DNA of 49,847 nt from an uncultured Methanosarcinales archaeon (lineage in GTDB: Archaea; Nanobdellota; Nanobdellia; Woesearchaeales; WJKV01). The DNA lies in contig CAZNVD010000006.1 of the NCBI GenBank assembly GCA_964576505.1, positions 741-50,587 of the forward strand, written 5' to 3'. The notes under the pieces are model-generated. The model was not told where the DNA came from and did no database searches. It worked only from the letters and a program-made list of their open reading frames with translations. Position numbers and translations under genes: made by a program. Below, piece by piece: positions 25,858-34,211 of this stretch. How positions within the stretch are numbered: the stretch's first letter is position 1; every line of letters starts with the position of its first letter.

Positions 25858-27732
25858 TTATTTCTTCTTTTTGCCCAGGATTTTCTTAAGCAAAGCTTCC
25901 TGCCCTTTCCAGTCTAAACTATGTTTCAGCACTTCTTCAATTCTACTCACGGGAATAATTGTAATTTTCTTGCGCTGACTATCTTCAAGCACAATGTCCT
26001 GCATATTGCTTTCAGGAACAATCACATGCTTCAGCCCTGATGCAATTGCCGCTTCAATTTTACTGGAAACCCCACCAATTGGCAGCACATCTCCCAACAC
26101 CGATAAACTGCCAGTCATGGCCAGATCTTGTTTCACTGGAATTCCTTTAAGACTTGAAATGATTGCAGTAGCCACCGCAATGCTTGCAGAATCTCCTTCA
26201 ACCCCTTCATATGTTTGCAGGAATTGTACATAGATATCAACAGTCTCCTTAATATCATCCCCAAAGTACTTTTTGACAATTGCACTTACATTAGTTACTG
26301 CTTCCTTTGCAATCTCTCCAAGTTTACCAGTAGCAATAACTTCTCCCTTTTTTCCGCCTGGAGTAACTTCAGCCTCAATCGGCAACACAATTCCTGAATT
26401 CTCTCCAATAACTGCTAATCCATTTACCCTACCGATCATTGTCCCAGTCGTCAGAATAATGTTGTAATCTTTCTTTCGTTCTGTATAACGTGTTGCAATT
26501 TGTTGTTCCAGAGTTTGTCCTGCTTCTACTCCTGCAAATACATCATCAGCATCAACAATATTTTTTCCCTTTTCCTTGGAAATATCACCAGCAGCTCTCA
26601 CAATTCCCCCAAGCTCTCTAAGCCGCAAAGTCAAATGACCTTTTCGATTCGCACGTTTCCTGGCTTCTTTAATAATAATTTCAACGGCAGCCTTTGTGAA
26701 ATGAGGAATCTTCTTATCTTTCCGTACTTCCTGTGCCACAAACGCAGCCAGTAAATCTCTGTTTTCAGCAGTATCTGGCATAGAATTATTCATATAAATT
26801 TCATATCCATATCCACGAATTCTGCTGCGAAGCGCCGGATGCATATGTTCCACAGTATCAACATTTCCAGCTGCAATTAAAATGAAATCACAAGGAGCGG
26901 GCTCAGTTCGCACCATTGCACCTGCACTCCGTTCTGATTGCCCTGTAATTGAAAACTTCCTTTCTTGCAACGCGCTCAAAAGTTCTTGTTGAGTCTTAAT
27001 ATCAAGTGTTGCAACTTCATCAATGAACAAAACTCCTTTATTCGTCTTATGAATCAATCCTGCAATAATCCTTTCATGTGCCGGAGTTCCCAGTCCTCCT
27101 GACTGAAACGGATCGTGCAACACATCCCCAAGCAAAGCTCCGGCATGGCTGCCAGTTGCATCATAAAAAGGCGCTTGATGTTTATCTGCATTATCAACAA
27201 TAATTTTTGGTTCAAGCACTCTTACATTCCCTCTCCGAGACATATTCATGAAAAGTACAAACGTCGCAATGAAAATCATACTTCCAATGAAGAATGCCGC
27301 AAACATAATTTCACTTTGATACTTTTGCAATACATACCATGGGCTGACAATAGCAACTATTGCCATGAAAATCATAAAAATATTCCTTGGCTGCAGTACC
27401 GACTGACTTGCCATTCTGGATTCCGCCACAAGCTTCTTTCCTTCTCCTGCAGGCACTTCGCGAATCAGCGGACAATTCTCATCATCAGGATTCGGAAAAC
27501 ACACAATATCAGTTAATTTCTCCTTCGGAAGCAATTCCGCAAGTCCTACTCCAAGCATACTCTTTCCAGTCCCGGGATCGCCGATAAGGAGAAGATGTCG
27601 TCTTTGAGTCGCTGCCTTTTTAACAATTTTAACAGCTTTCTCTTGACCTATGACTTGTTCAATAATTTTTTTAGGAATCTGTAATTCTTCAGTTGTCTTA
27701 TAAGATATTGGCTTATATTCTTGTTTGGCCAT
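25858..27732 (-). CDS. lonB: Archaeal membrane-bound Lon protease (LonB)
   Basis: 624 aa. Walker A is GDPGTGKS. A two-TM insertion sits within the AAA+ module. The C-terminal Lon proteolytic domain carries the GDSAS catalytic Ser. Confidence 0.9.
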   Translation of the reverse strand: MAKQEYKPISYKTTEELQIPKKIIEQVIGQEKAVKIVKKAATQRRHLLLIGDPGTGKSMLGVGLAELLPKEKLTDIVCFPNPDDENCPLIREVPAGEGKKLVAESRMASQSVLQPRNIFMIFMAIVAIVSPWYVLQKYQSEIMFAAFFIGSMIFIATFVLFMNMSRRGNVRVLEPKIIVDNADKHQAPFYDATGSHAGALLGDVLHDPFQSGGLGTPAHERIIAGLIHKTNKGVLFIDEVATLDIKTQQELLSALQERKFSITGQSERSAGAMVRTEPAPCDFILIAAGNVDTVEHMHPALRSRIRGYGYEIYMNNSMPDTAENRDLLAAFVAQEVRKDKKIPHFTKAAVEIIIKEARKRANRKGHLTLRLRELGGIVRAAGDISKEKGKNIVDADDVFAGVEAGQTLEQQIATRYTERKKDYNIILTTGTMIGRVNGLAVIGENSGIVLPIEAEVTPGGKKGEVIATGKLGEIAKEAVTNVSAIVKKYFGDDIKETVDIYVQFLQTYEGVEGDSASIAVATAIISSLKGIPVKQDLAMTGSLSVLGDVLPIGGVSSKIEAAIASGLKHVIVPESNMQDIVLEDSQRKKITIIPVSRIEEVLKHSLDWKGQEALLKKILGKKKK

Positions 27733-27809
27733 ATTATTTCAAATTATTCTTGTTGTTAAAAGTGTTTCTGTTGCAACAATTGATACTAAGCAACCAAGAA
27801 ACATGCTTC

Positions 27810-28253
27810 TCACAATCTATCCAATTCAATAATTCGCCGCACATATCGTTCCGCATCTGCTGCAGGAGTTGTAAACCACGTTTTCACAATACCTTCCACT
27901 TGTTCTTCACTCATGATTTGTCCGGCAAGACACAAAACATTTACATGATCATCTTTCCTGCTTAAATATGCAGCTTCAACATTCCAGCAAAGTGCGGCAC
28001 GAATCCCTCTAAATCTATTTGCAGCAATACACACCCCGATTCCCGACCCGCAAACAAGAATTCCTACTCTATGTTTCACATCTTTTAGTACTTCTTTGCA
28101 TACCCTCTCTGTGATAGCAGGATAATCATCTTCATTGTTAGCAGAAAAACTTCCCAAATCCAGATATTCAAGATCCTGTCCTTTCAGAAGTGATATCACA
28201 AACTTCTTCATTGCAACACCAGCATGATCAGCCCCGATAATCACCGTAACCAT
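27810..28253 (-). CDS. rpiB: Ribose-5-phosphate isomerase B
   Basis: 147 aa. Motifs are IGADHAG and CGSGIGVCIAANR, typical of RpiB/LacAB. Confidence 0.85.
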   Translation of the reverse strand: MVTVIIGADHAGVAMKKFVISLLKGQDLEYLDLGSFSANNEDDYPAITERVCKEVLKDVKHRVGILVCGSGIGVCIAANRFRGIRAALCWNVEAAYLSRKDDHVNVLCLAGQIMSEEQVEGIVKTWFTTPAADAERYVRRIIELDRL

Positions 28254-28392
28254 ATAAAAAGAAAAAGCAATGTGCCTATAAAAATGTTTGTCGTTTTACT
28301 CTTTCTGAATCAATAGATTCTTAGTTTCTGGAATCTTTGAATCAACACCCTTGAGTGAGACGATCACGCTAAGCAAGGTTTTATCCTGCTAC

Positions 28393-29280
28393 CTAACTGA
28401 ACAACCAGCCAAAAAAGGAAAATAAAACCGCTCCTGCCCCAGCAGAAGCGGCTTTTTGTTGGTGGATTTCCACGATAGGTGTGAGATATGTGTTTTTTGT
28501 ATGGCTTGGCGAATTCTCGCCCGACCTTGTGCATTGTATATCTACAAACACAAAGTCAGACCGCGTTGTCTTACCCAAGGTAAGATCTGCCGCGAATGGA
28601 AGCACAGATGCCACACCATCTGGAAGCGTTATATCAAATGCGTAAGATTGTTGTTGGTGAGGCAGCAAATGAACTTCAGTCTGACCATATTGATTTTTTT
28701 GTTGTCTGAGGTTCAACATTCCATGCGCTTCTTCCTCTCCGTTATTATTAACGGTAACTCTCATTGGAATCATGCACTCAACTTTCTGAGGCGCTAAAAT
28801 TTCTTCAACTATCACTTCATCAAGCACATCTACTTGAATTGTCCCAAAGATAGGCAAAAAGAATGGCAGCCCATCTGCAGTAGTTGTTCTGATCTCAGCC
28901 ACATATTGATAAGTTCCTGCAGCTGCAGTATCAGGTACATGGATCATATCACTAACTATAATTTGTTGCCCGGCAATAATTGAAATGTCTGAATGACTTT
29001 TCACAATATCTTCGCCTGATTGAATATGACGAATAATGAACTTCACTGATGCTTTCGAAAAATCAAGGTGCGATTCAACAGGAAATTCATTTCTGATTCC
29101 AAGATCAAATTCAAGTGTATCACCAGGTTGAACTGAAACAAACCTTGACTCCTCTCCATTAACATAGAAAATAAAATCATCTGGAGACAGACTCGCATTT
29201 GCCACTGCCAATTGCATTAGTATTACTATTACTATAAGTGCACCAAAACATACTCTCATTTTCATCGCTGTAGACCTCAC
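28393..29280 (-). CDS. Secreted beta-rich protein with C-terminal hydrophobic anchor (hypothetical)
   Basis: 295 aa. A signal peptide ends in VANA-S. Two beta-sandwich-like segments follow. The C-terminus is hydrophobic (AGAGAVLFSFFGWLFS). Confidence 0.45.
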   Translation of the reverse strand: MRSTAMKMRVCFGALIVIVILMQLAVANASLSPDDFIFYVNGEESRFVSVQPGDTLEFDLGIRNEFPVESHLDFSKASVKFIIRHIQSGEDIVKSHSDISIIAGQQIIVSDMIHVPDTAAAGTYQYVAEIRTTTADGLPFFLPIFGTIQVDVLDEVIVEEILAPQKVECMIPMRVTVNNNGEEEAHGMLNLRQQKNQYGQTEVHLLPHQQQSYAFDITLPDGVASVLPFAADLTLGKTTRSDFVFVDIQCTRSGENSPSHTKNTYLTPIVEIHQQKAASAGAGAVLFSFFGWLFS

Positions 29281-29417
29281 TGTGTCGTAATATCTATAAC
29301 AGCTATGTGGCCAACCTTATATTTAATCCTATGTCACAATCACTAAGGAACGATTATAGCTGATGTGAAACAGAAGTTGCCTTTGAAACAAACGGTGCAA
29401 TCGTTTCAGAATATTAT

Positions 29418-30860
29418 TTAATATGCTTTTCCAAAGTAAGTAAGCGAATGCGCTTCCTTTCCGCAATGAATGCATTTAGCCCCCTTTGAAACATCGCTGG
29501 CATCAAGAGGTATGCATCTTGAAGTTGCTCCTCCTGTTTTTTCCTTGATATCATCTTCGCATTTATCTATTCCGCAGAATGGTACTAAACTCAGTTTTCT
29601 TTCTTGTATTAGATCAACAAAATCTTCCCATTTAGTTGCTCGCTCGATATTATTCTTAAGGAATGTTTTTGCTTTATTTAGCATTTCATCCTGCATTTGT
29701 TCAAGAATTTCAGGGATCTTCTTTTCAATATCTGCTACTTTGACAAACGCTTTGTCCCCTGTATCTCTCCGTACAACTACAACATGCTTCTTTTCAAGAT
29801 CCCTAGGTCCTATTTCAAGGCGCAACGGAATTCCTTTAAGTTCCCATTCATTATATTTCCATCCTGGCGTATATTGTTCTCTGCCATCAACAAAGCTGCC
29901 AGGTATAAGCTTGCAAATCTCATGGGCTTGTTTAATTACAGCTTCCTTTGTTCCTTCAAACATGATTGGAATAATAACTGCTTTCTGCGGCGCAATTCGT
30001 GGCGGCAACACTAATCCTTTATTGTCTGAATGCATCATAACCAAAGCACCAATCATCCGGGTGCTGATTCCCCACGAACTTTGATGAGGATAATGCTTTT
30101 CACCATCTTTTCCTAAGAATTGTACCCCGAATACCTTTGCAAATCCTTGTCCAATCTCATGCGATGTTCCCATCTGCAAGGCTTTTCCATCTGGCATGAG
30201 CGCTTCAATAGTAAATGTCTGCACAGCGCCAGCGAATGTTTCCTTCTTTGTTTTCTTCCCTTTAATTACAGGTACTGCTAACAAATCTTCAGCAACTCTT
30301 CTATATTCTTCAAGAAACTCAAGCACTTCTTTGATGTTCTCTTCCTGTGTTTCATACAGGCAGTGTCCTTCCTGCCATAAAAATTCCCGTGAACGTAAAA
30401 ATAACTTTGTCGCCTTTGTATCCCACCGTACTACTGAGCACCATTGATTTGTCTTCATTGGCAGATCATTATGGCTTCTCACCCATCTTGAAAATGCATC
30501 AGTTATTACTGCTTCAGATGTTGGTCTGATAGCAAGCCGTTCTGGAAGTTGGCTTCCGCCAGCTTCAGTTACCCAAGCAACCTCTGGAGAAAATCCTTGT
30601 GCGTGTTCAGCTTCCATACTGAAAAATTTTTCAGGAATAAACATAGGAAAATACACATTCTGCACTTTTTTGCTTTTAATAATAGGATCAAAGAAGCCTT
30701 GAATTCCTTCCCACAATGCATAACCCCTTGGTCTTAGAATCATACATCCCTTAACTGCGCTGAATTCAGCCAGTTCTGCCTTCAAAACAACCTGTTCATA
30801 CCATTCAGAGAAATCTTCTTCTTTAGTAACTGTAATCCCTTGAGTATCGGCCTGTTTCAT
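29418..30860 (-). CDS. proS: Prolyl-tRNA synthetase, archaeal/eukaryotic type
   Basis: 480 aa. It has class II motifs and a C-terminal Zn-binding domain ending CIHCGKEAHSLTYFGKAY. A TATA-like sequence lies at 30884-30893. Confidence 0.9.
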   Translation of the reverse strand: MKQADTQGITVTKEEDFSEWYEQVVLKAELAEFSAVKGCMILRPRGYALWEGIQGFFDPIIKSKKVQNVYFPMFIPEKFFSMEAEHAQGFSPEVAWVTEAGGSQLPERLAIRPTSEAVITDAFSRWVRSHNDLPMKTNQWCSVVRWDTKATKLFLRSREFLWQEGHCLYETQEENIKEVLEFLEEYRRVAEDLLAVPVIKGKKTKKETFAGAVQTFTIEALMPDGKALQMGTSHEIGQGFAKVFGVQFLGKDGEKHYPHQSSWGISTRMIGALVMMHSDNKGLVLPPRIAPQKAVIIPIMFEGTKEAVIKQAHEICKLIPGSFVDGREQYTPGWKYNEWELKGIPLRLEIGPRDLEKKHVVVVRRDTGDKAFVKVADIEKKIPEILEQMQDEMLNKAKTFLKNNIERATKWEDFVDLIQERKLSLVPFCGIDKCEDDIKEKTGGATSRCIPLDASDVSKGAKCIHCGKEAHSLTYFGKAY

Positions 30861-31006
30861 TCAGTTTTCAATCAGTTCGTGACTTTATATAGTTTACTCT
30901 GAAGATTCTGGATTTCAAAGAAGCAATCGATTCTTTGAATCTAGGCAACCAATGCCTATAAACTCAGTTAAAGCCTGTTTGCTGCTTTATTTGTATGAGC
31001 AAAACA

Positions 31007-31014
31007 TTTATATA
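31007..31014 (+). promoter_or_regulatory. TATA box (TTTATATA) of rps15
   Basis: It lies 24-31 nt upstream of the ATG at 31038 and is preceded by an A-rich BRE-like GCAAAAC. This implies a leaderless mRNA. Confidence 0.45.
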
Positions 31015-31037
31015 TTGGACCGTGGTCGACAGCCCAT

Positions 31038-31490
31038 ATGGCAAGAATGCATTCAGGTGCAAAAGGAAAAGCAGGTTCTCAGAAACCGCTAAAATCAGAT
31101 TTAAGCTGGGTTCGTTACAAGGGTAAAGAAATTGAAACTCTTGTTCAGAAACTAGCTAAGAAAGGTCTTCCACCAAGTCAAATTGGTATGCGTCTTAGAG
31201 ACGAATACGGTATTCCTGATGTTCAGGAACTGACAGGAAAGAAAGTAGCTCAGATCACCACAAAGAAAGGTGAAACACAAAAATTGCCTGAAGATTTGAA
31301 CGCACTTATCAGAACATTCATCATAGTTCAAAAGCATTATCAGAAGAATAGAAAAGACACTGGTGCAAAACGCGGTGAACAATTAGCATTCTCAAAAATC
31401 AAGCGCCTTGGTAAATACTACCGCCGGGTTGGCAGACTTCCAGTTACTTGGCAGTTCAATCCTAAAGACGCTGAAATGATGTTACAGTAA
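31038..31490 (+). CDS. rps15: 30S ribosomal protein S15 (uS15, S13e type)
   Basis: 150 aa. The N-terminus is MARMHSGAKGKAGS, and the conserved IGMRLRDEYGIP and RLGKYYRR regions are present. Confidence 0.9.
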   Translation: MARMHSGAKGKAGSQKPLKSDLSWVRYKGKEIETLVQKLAKKGLPPSQIGMRLRDEYGIPDVQELTGKKVAQITTKKGETQKLPEDLNALIRTFIIVQKHYQKNRKDTGAKRGEQLAFSKIKRLGKYYRRVGRLPVTWQFNPKDAEMMLQ

Positions 31491-31506
31491 GTTTCTTTTT
31501 TTTCTC
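31470..31506 (+). repeat. Direct repeat A (last 7 codons of rps15 plus T-tract)
   Basis: GCTGAAATGATGTTACAGTAAGTTTCTTTTTTTTCT recurs at 31613-31648 with one substitution (TAA to TAG), one indel region and one fewer T. Confidence 0.75.
31491..31505 (+). terminator. Oligo-T archaeal terminator after rps15
   Basis: The sequence gtttcttttttttct follows the stop codon directly. Confidence 0.5.
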
Positions 31507-31612
31507 TAATTTTTCATTTTGTTTTTTATGCGCCGCTGCCCTGTAATAAGCTTACGGCGCAGGTTTGGGATGAAGCCCTTTCTTAAGAATACACTTAATC
31601 TAAAGGGATTCA

Positions 31613-31648
31613 GCTGACATAGATGTTACAGTAGGTTTCTTTTTTTCT
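31613..31648 (+). repeat. Direct repeat B (decayed copy of the rps15 3-prime end plus T-tract)
   Basis: The sequence is GCTGACATAGATGTTACAGTAGGTTTCTTTTTTTCT. Together with repeat A it brackets an insert of about 106 nt that is richer in GC. Confidence 0.75.
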
Positions 31649-31720
31649 TACACAATTTTTTTCTAAATATTTTGATACCCATATCTAAGAATCAAAGCAA
31701 CTCAGTAACAATAGAATCCA

Positions 31721-32140
31721 TCAATTATCAATCGTATTTCGTGCACGTTCAACAAAATCAGCAAACTCATGTCCCCGATCAGTAAGCTTCAGAAGTTTTA
31801 ATCTTCCCTGACGCTCAAACTCAATCAATCTATTATCTTCCATTTTTTGAAGAATGAAGTTGACATGCGAATAAGTACAGTCAATATCCTTAGCAAGTGA
31901 TGATGCATACAAAGATTGTCCTGCATTTTTCAGTTGAAGTAAAATCAGTGCAGGTTTTTCCCTGAAGAAAATTCCAAAGATGTCATCGCCAGCAGCGTTC
32001 AACCTCTTCCGTCGTGAAAGTGCACCACCTACTTTTTCAAATTCAATTGTTCGCTCCATACCCCTCATTTTCCGAGAGAGTGAATAAATATTTAAAATTA
32101 TCGTTGCGATTGGGGAGGACTCTAATTTCGAATTCGTCAT
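31721..32140 (-). CDS. Winged-helix transcriptional regulator (ArsR/MarR-like)
   Basis: 139 aa. The HTH region is SSLAKDIDCTYSHVNFILQKMEDNRLIEFERQGRLKLLKLTDRG. Confidence 0.5.
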   Translation of the reverse strand: MTNSKLESSPIATIILNIYSLSRKMRGMERTIEFEKVGGALSRRKRLNAAGDDIFGIFFREKPALILLQLKNAGQSLYASSLAKDIDCTYSHVNFILQKMEDNRLIEFERQGRLKLLKLTDRGHEFADFVERARNTIDN

Positions 32141-32195
32141 TTTTTTGCCATATTAGCAAATTTATTTAAGCATCTTCAGTTTGATTACAGCTACA

Positions 32196-32498
32196 ATGAA
32201 AAAAGTGAAAGCCGACACAGAAAACATAGTAAATGCCTACGTTAATCAGCTGGTATCACTGGGATTACAATATCCAATTCGACCACAATCCAGACACTTG
32301 ATTTCCGAAGCTAAGCGCTTTTCCCAAAGATTCCGCACACCGCTTCCTTCAAAGATCAAATCTTGCTTTTGCAGAAACTGTGGTACACCCAAACATCCTC
32401 TAAACGGCTCAACTCGGGTAAGAACCACACATATGACGTACACCTGCTACTGCTGTCAACATATCATGCGAATTCAATCAAAAGCTAATTGCAAATAA
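32196..32498 (+). CDS. rnp4: RNase P protein component 4 (Rpp21/Rpr2 family)
   Basis: The track start is TTG 32181. ATG 32196 has TTTATTTA at 32161-32168. The Rpr2-like layout is a helical N-terminus followed by a Zn ribbon (CFCRNCGT....TYTCYCCQHIMR). Confidence 0.6.
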   Translation: MKKVKADTENIVNAYVNQLVSLGLQYPIRPQSRHLISEAKRFSQRFRTPLPSKIKSCFCRNCGTPKHPLNGSTRVRTTHMTYTCYCCQHIMRIQSKANCK

Positions 32499-32579
32499 CT
32501 AACAACAAAAAACCAGAGACTAAAAGTATATACTTCTTATACAATACCATTATATCTTTAATTTTCCAATATAGCCTTT

Positions 32580-33080
32580 ATGACAAACAAAACACCTGTT
32601 TCTGATGCCTTGAGTTACCTCCGCCTGAACTCCCGTGTCCCTCTCACAAAATTATCTCGCCAAACTCAAATTCCTATTAATGATCTCTATCAATTTCTGC
32701 ACACTTGGAATCCAGTAGTAAAGCGTTCCACTATCCTGCTTAATTTTCCGGCCATTGGACTTCCTACTACTGTTTTATTCAATTTATCTGCCCATCCTCA
32801 TCAATGGTCTGCCGTTTCCCAGATGCTTGTTCAAAGCGGCTGCGTCAATAACTTGTTTCGAGTAATTGGAGATCATGATTTCGTTGGAGAGGCAGCATTT
32901 GAATCCCCTAAGGCAGCAGAAAAATTCTTCTCAGCATTAAAAGAAGACTTCAGAAATGTATCTTTTGAATATCACTTGGTTACAGATGAGATTTGTCGCG
33001 AGCAGATTTTTACTAGTCCTTATCAAGGTTCATACTGTTCTTCTTTTGATTTATCAAGAACGATTTTTTTCAGTTCTTGA
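32580..33080 (+). CDS. Lrp/AsnC-like transcriptional regulator (diverged)
   Basis: 166 aa. An N-terminal HTH (LNSRVPLTKLSRQTQIP) is followed by a RAM-like domain (TILLNFPAIGLPTTVLFNL...FRVIGDHDFVGEAAF). Confidence 0.45.
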   Translation: MTNKTPVSDALSYLRLNSRVPLTKLSRQTQIPINDLYQFLHTWNPVVKRSTILLNFPAIGLPTTVLFNLSAHPHQWSAVSQMLVQSGCVNNLFRVIGDHDFVGEAAFESPKAAEKFFSALKEDFRNVSFEYHLVTDEICREQIFTSPYQGSYCSSFDLSRTIFFSS

Positions 33081-33214
33081 GCCTGCTCTTCTATAGCCTG
33101 CAAAAAAGAAAGATCACTAAAGCAGTCCATGCCGCAGGTAATGCAATACGCCTGGCTGGTTCCTTTTACCATATAGCTCGCCGGCTCTCCACAAATTACA
33201 CACACCTTTTTCAT
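33023..33214 (-). CDS. Small zinc-ribbon protein (hypothetical)
   Basis: The track ORF extends to 33292. The internal start gives MKKVCVICGE...CITCG, with two CxxC pairs and an acidic helical tail. The 3-prime end overlaps the convergent 32580..33080 ORF by 58 nt. Confidence 0.4.
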   Translation of the reverse strand: MKKVCVICGEPASYMVKGTSQAYCITCGMDCFSDLSFLQAIEEQAQELKKIVLDKSKEEQYEP

Positions 33215-33280
33215 TACCCTGGTCAATAAACTGTGCTTTAAAAACTTGCTGTTTATAGATATCCAATCTCTTATCAAACA

Positions 33281-33288
33281 TTTATAAA
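33281..33288 (+). promoter_or_regulatory. TATA box (TTTATAAA) for the nnr gene
   Basis: It lies 22-29 nt upstream of the ATG at 33310. Confidence 0.4.
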
Positions 33289-33309
33289 TCACAATTCATT
33301 CTTTATTTT

Positions 33310-34131
33310 ATGAAATTTTCCTGGAAAAAAAGACTGGCAACATCTCATAAGGGTCAGAATGGAAAAATATTAGTAATTGGCGGTTCTGAGCAATACGTTG
33401 GCTCGCCTGCTCTTGCTGCTATGGCTGCAATGCGTGCTGGTGCAGACTGGGTAACCATTGCCGCTCCTGAAAAAGTTGCATATGCAATCAACTCATATTC
33501 ACCTGATTTCATCACCCATAAACTGAAAGGCTCTCATCTTTCCAAGGCTCACATTTCTGATCTTGTCAGGTTAAGCAAATCTCATGACGTAACATTGATA
33601 GGAAACGGTCTCACTCGCACATCATCTATTCTTTCAGTCATAAAGACGCTTGTTTCAAAAATAAAAACTCCTGTTGTTGCTGACGCAGATGCACTGCACG
33701 CACTGAACATAAAGCAATGTAACAACACTATCTTTACACCTCATGCAAAAGAGGCTGAAATTTTGATAAAGAACAGTAAATTCCCAAAAATTTCGGAACT
33801 AATAAAATTTCCATCAAAGGCGAAGCATTTAGGAACCAATGTTATCCTCCTTAAAGGCCCAACTGACTATATCATTTCACGATTAGGCACCTCAAAAAGT
33901 CAGACAGGTAATCCAGGCATGACTCACGCTGGATGCGGCGATGTTCTGGCGGGAGTTGTTTCATGTTTTGTAAGTCAGCATTATGATCTAGCCACCGCTG
34001 CTCACATGGCAGCCAATGTCAATGGCTTCGCAGGCGACATTTTAGAAGCTGACTGTGGTTATGGTTTTACTGCATGGGACCTCGCACACACAATCTCTCG
34101 TGCAATGATAGAAATAAATGCCTGGAAATAG
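33310..34131 (+). CDS. nnrD: ADP-dependent NAD(P)H-hydrate dehydratase (YjeF C-terminal/carbohydrate kinase family)
   Basis: 273 aa. Motifs are HKGQNGKILVIGGS..YVGSPALAAMAAMRAGAD and GCGDVLAG. Confidence 0.8.
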   Translation: MKFSWKKRLATSHKGQNGKILVIGGSEQYVGSPALAAMAAMRAGADWVTIAAPEKVAYAINSYSPDFITHKLKGSHLSKAHISDLVRLSKSHDVTLIGNGLTRTSSILSVIKTLVSKIKTPVVADADALHALNIKQCNNTIFTPHAKEAEILIKNSKFPKISELIKFPSKAKHLGTNVILLKGPTDYIISRLGTSKSQTGNPGMTHAGCGDVLAGVVSCFVSQHYDLATAAHMAANVNGFAGDILEADCGYGFTAWDLAHTISRAMIEINAWK

Positions 34132-34211
34132 TCTACATCCACTTACCTGTACTTACATTGAGTCTTTCAGTATGGAAACTCTTTAATAATAACAATAATT
34201 CACAGAACATT

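Noticed and set aside
28393-29280. The C-terminal hydrophobic tail of the 295-aa secreted protein as a PGF-CTERM/archaeosortase sorting signal.
   Set aside because: It has no PGF tripeptide, no Thr/Ser-rich linker and no basic C-terminal residues. It is more simply a C-terminal membrane anchor or a hydrophobic terminus.
29470-30084. A 204-aa plus-strand ORF, and several other 60-130 aa ORFs, lie nested antisense or out of frame inside proS, lonB, aglB, the GT genes and the giant genes. Examples are 682..867, 1290..1511, 16741..17139, 27115..27516, 41535..41861, 45218..45622 and 47720..48094.
   Set aside because: They lie entirely within longer ORFs that have strong family signatures or a consistent operon context. 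Their low-complexity, Ser/Cys/Ile-rich composition is typical of shadow frames in AT-rich DNA. They have no promoter-like sequence of their own.
31528-31617. A 29-aa highly basic ORF (MRRCPVISLRRRFGMKPFLKNTLNLKGFS), or a C/D-box or H/ACA sRNA, within the insert downstream of rps15.
   Set aside because: The ORF matches no ribosomal or small protein family I know and lacks a promoter or SD. The C box is imperfect (GGAUGAA) with no internal D-prime/C-prime boxes. The ACA is not adjacent to the stem. It is retained only as a generic structured-insert finding.
34074-34211. A 46-codon N-terminal extension of the transketolase ORF that overlaps the end of nnrD.
   Set aside because: The extension has no transketolase similarity and includes an N-run. 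Conserved sequence begins at the ATG at 34212, so the extension is treated as non-coding or as the nnrD 3-prime region.
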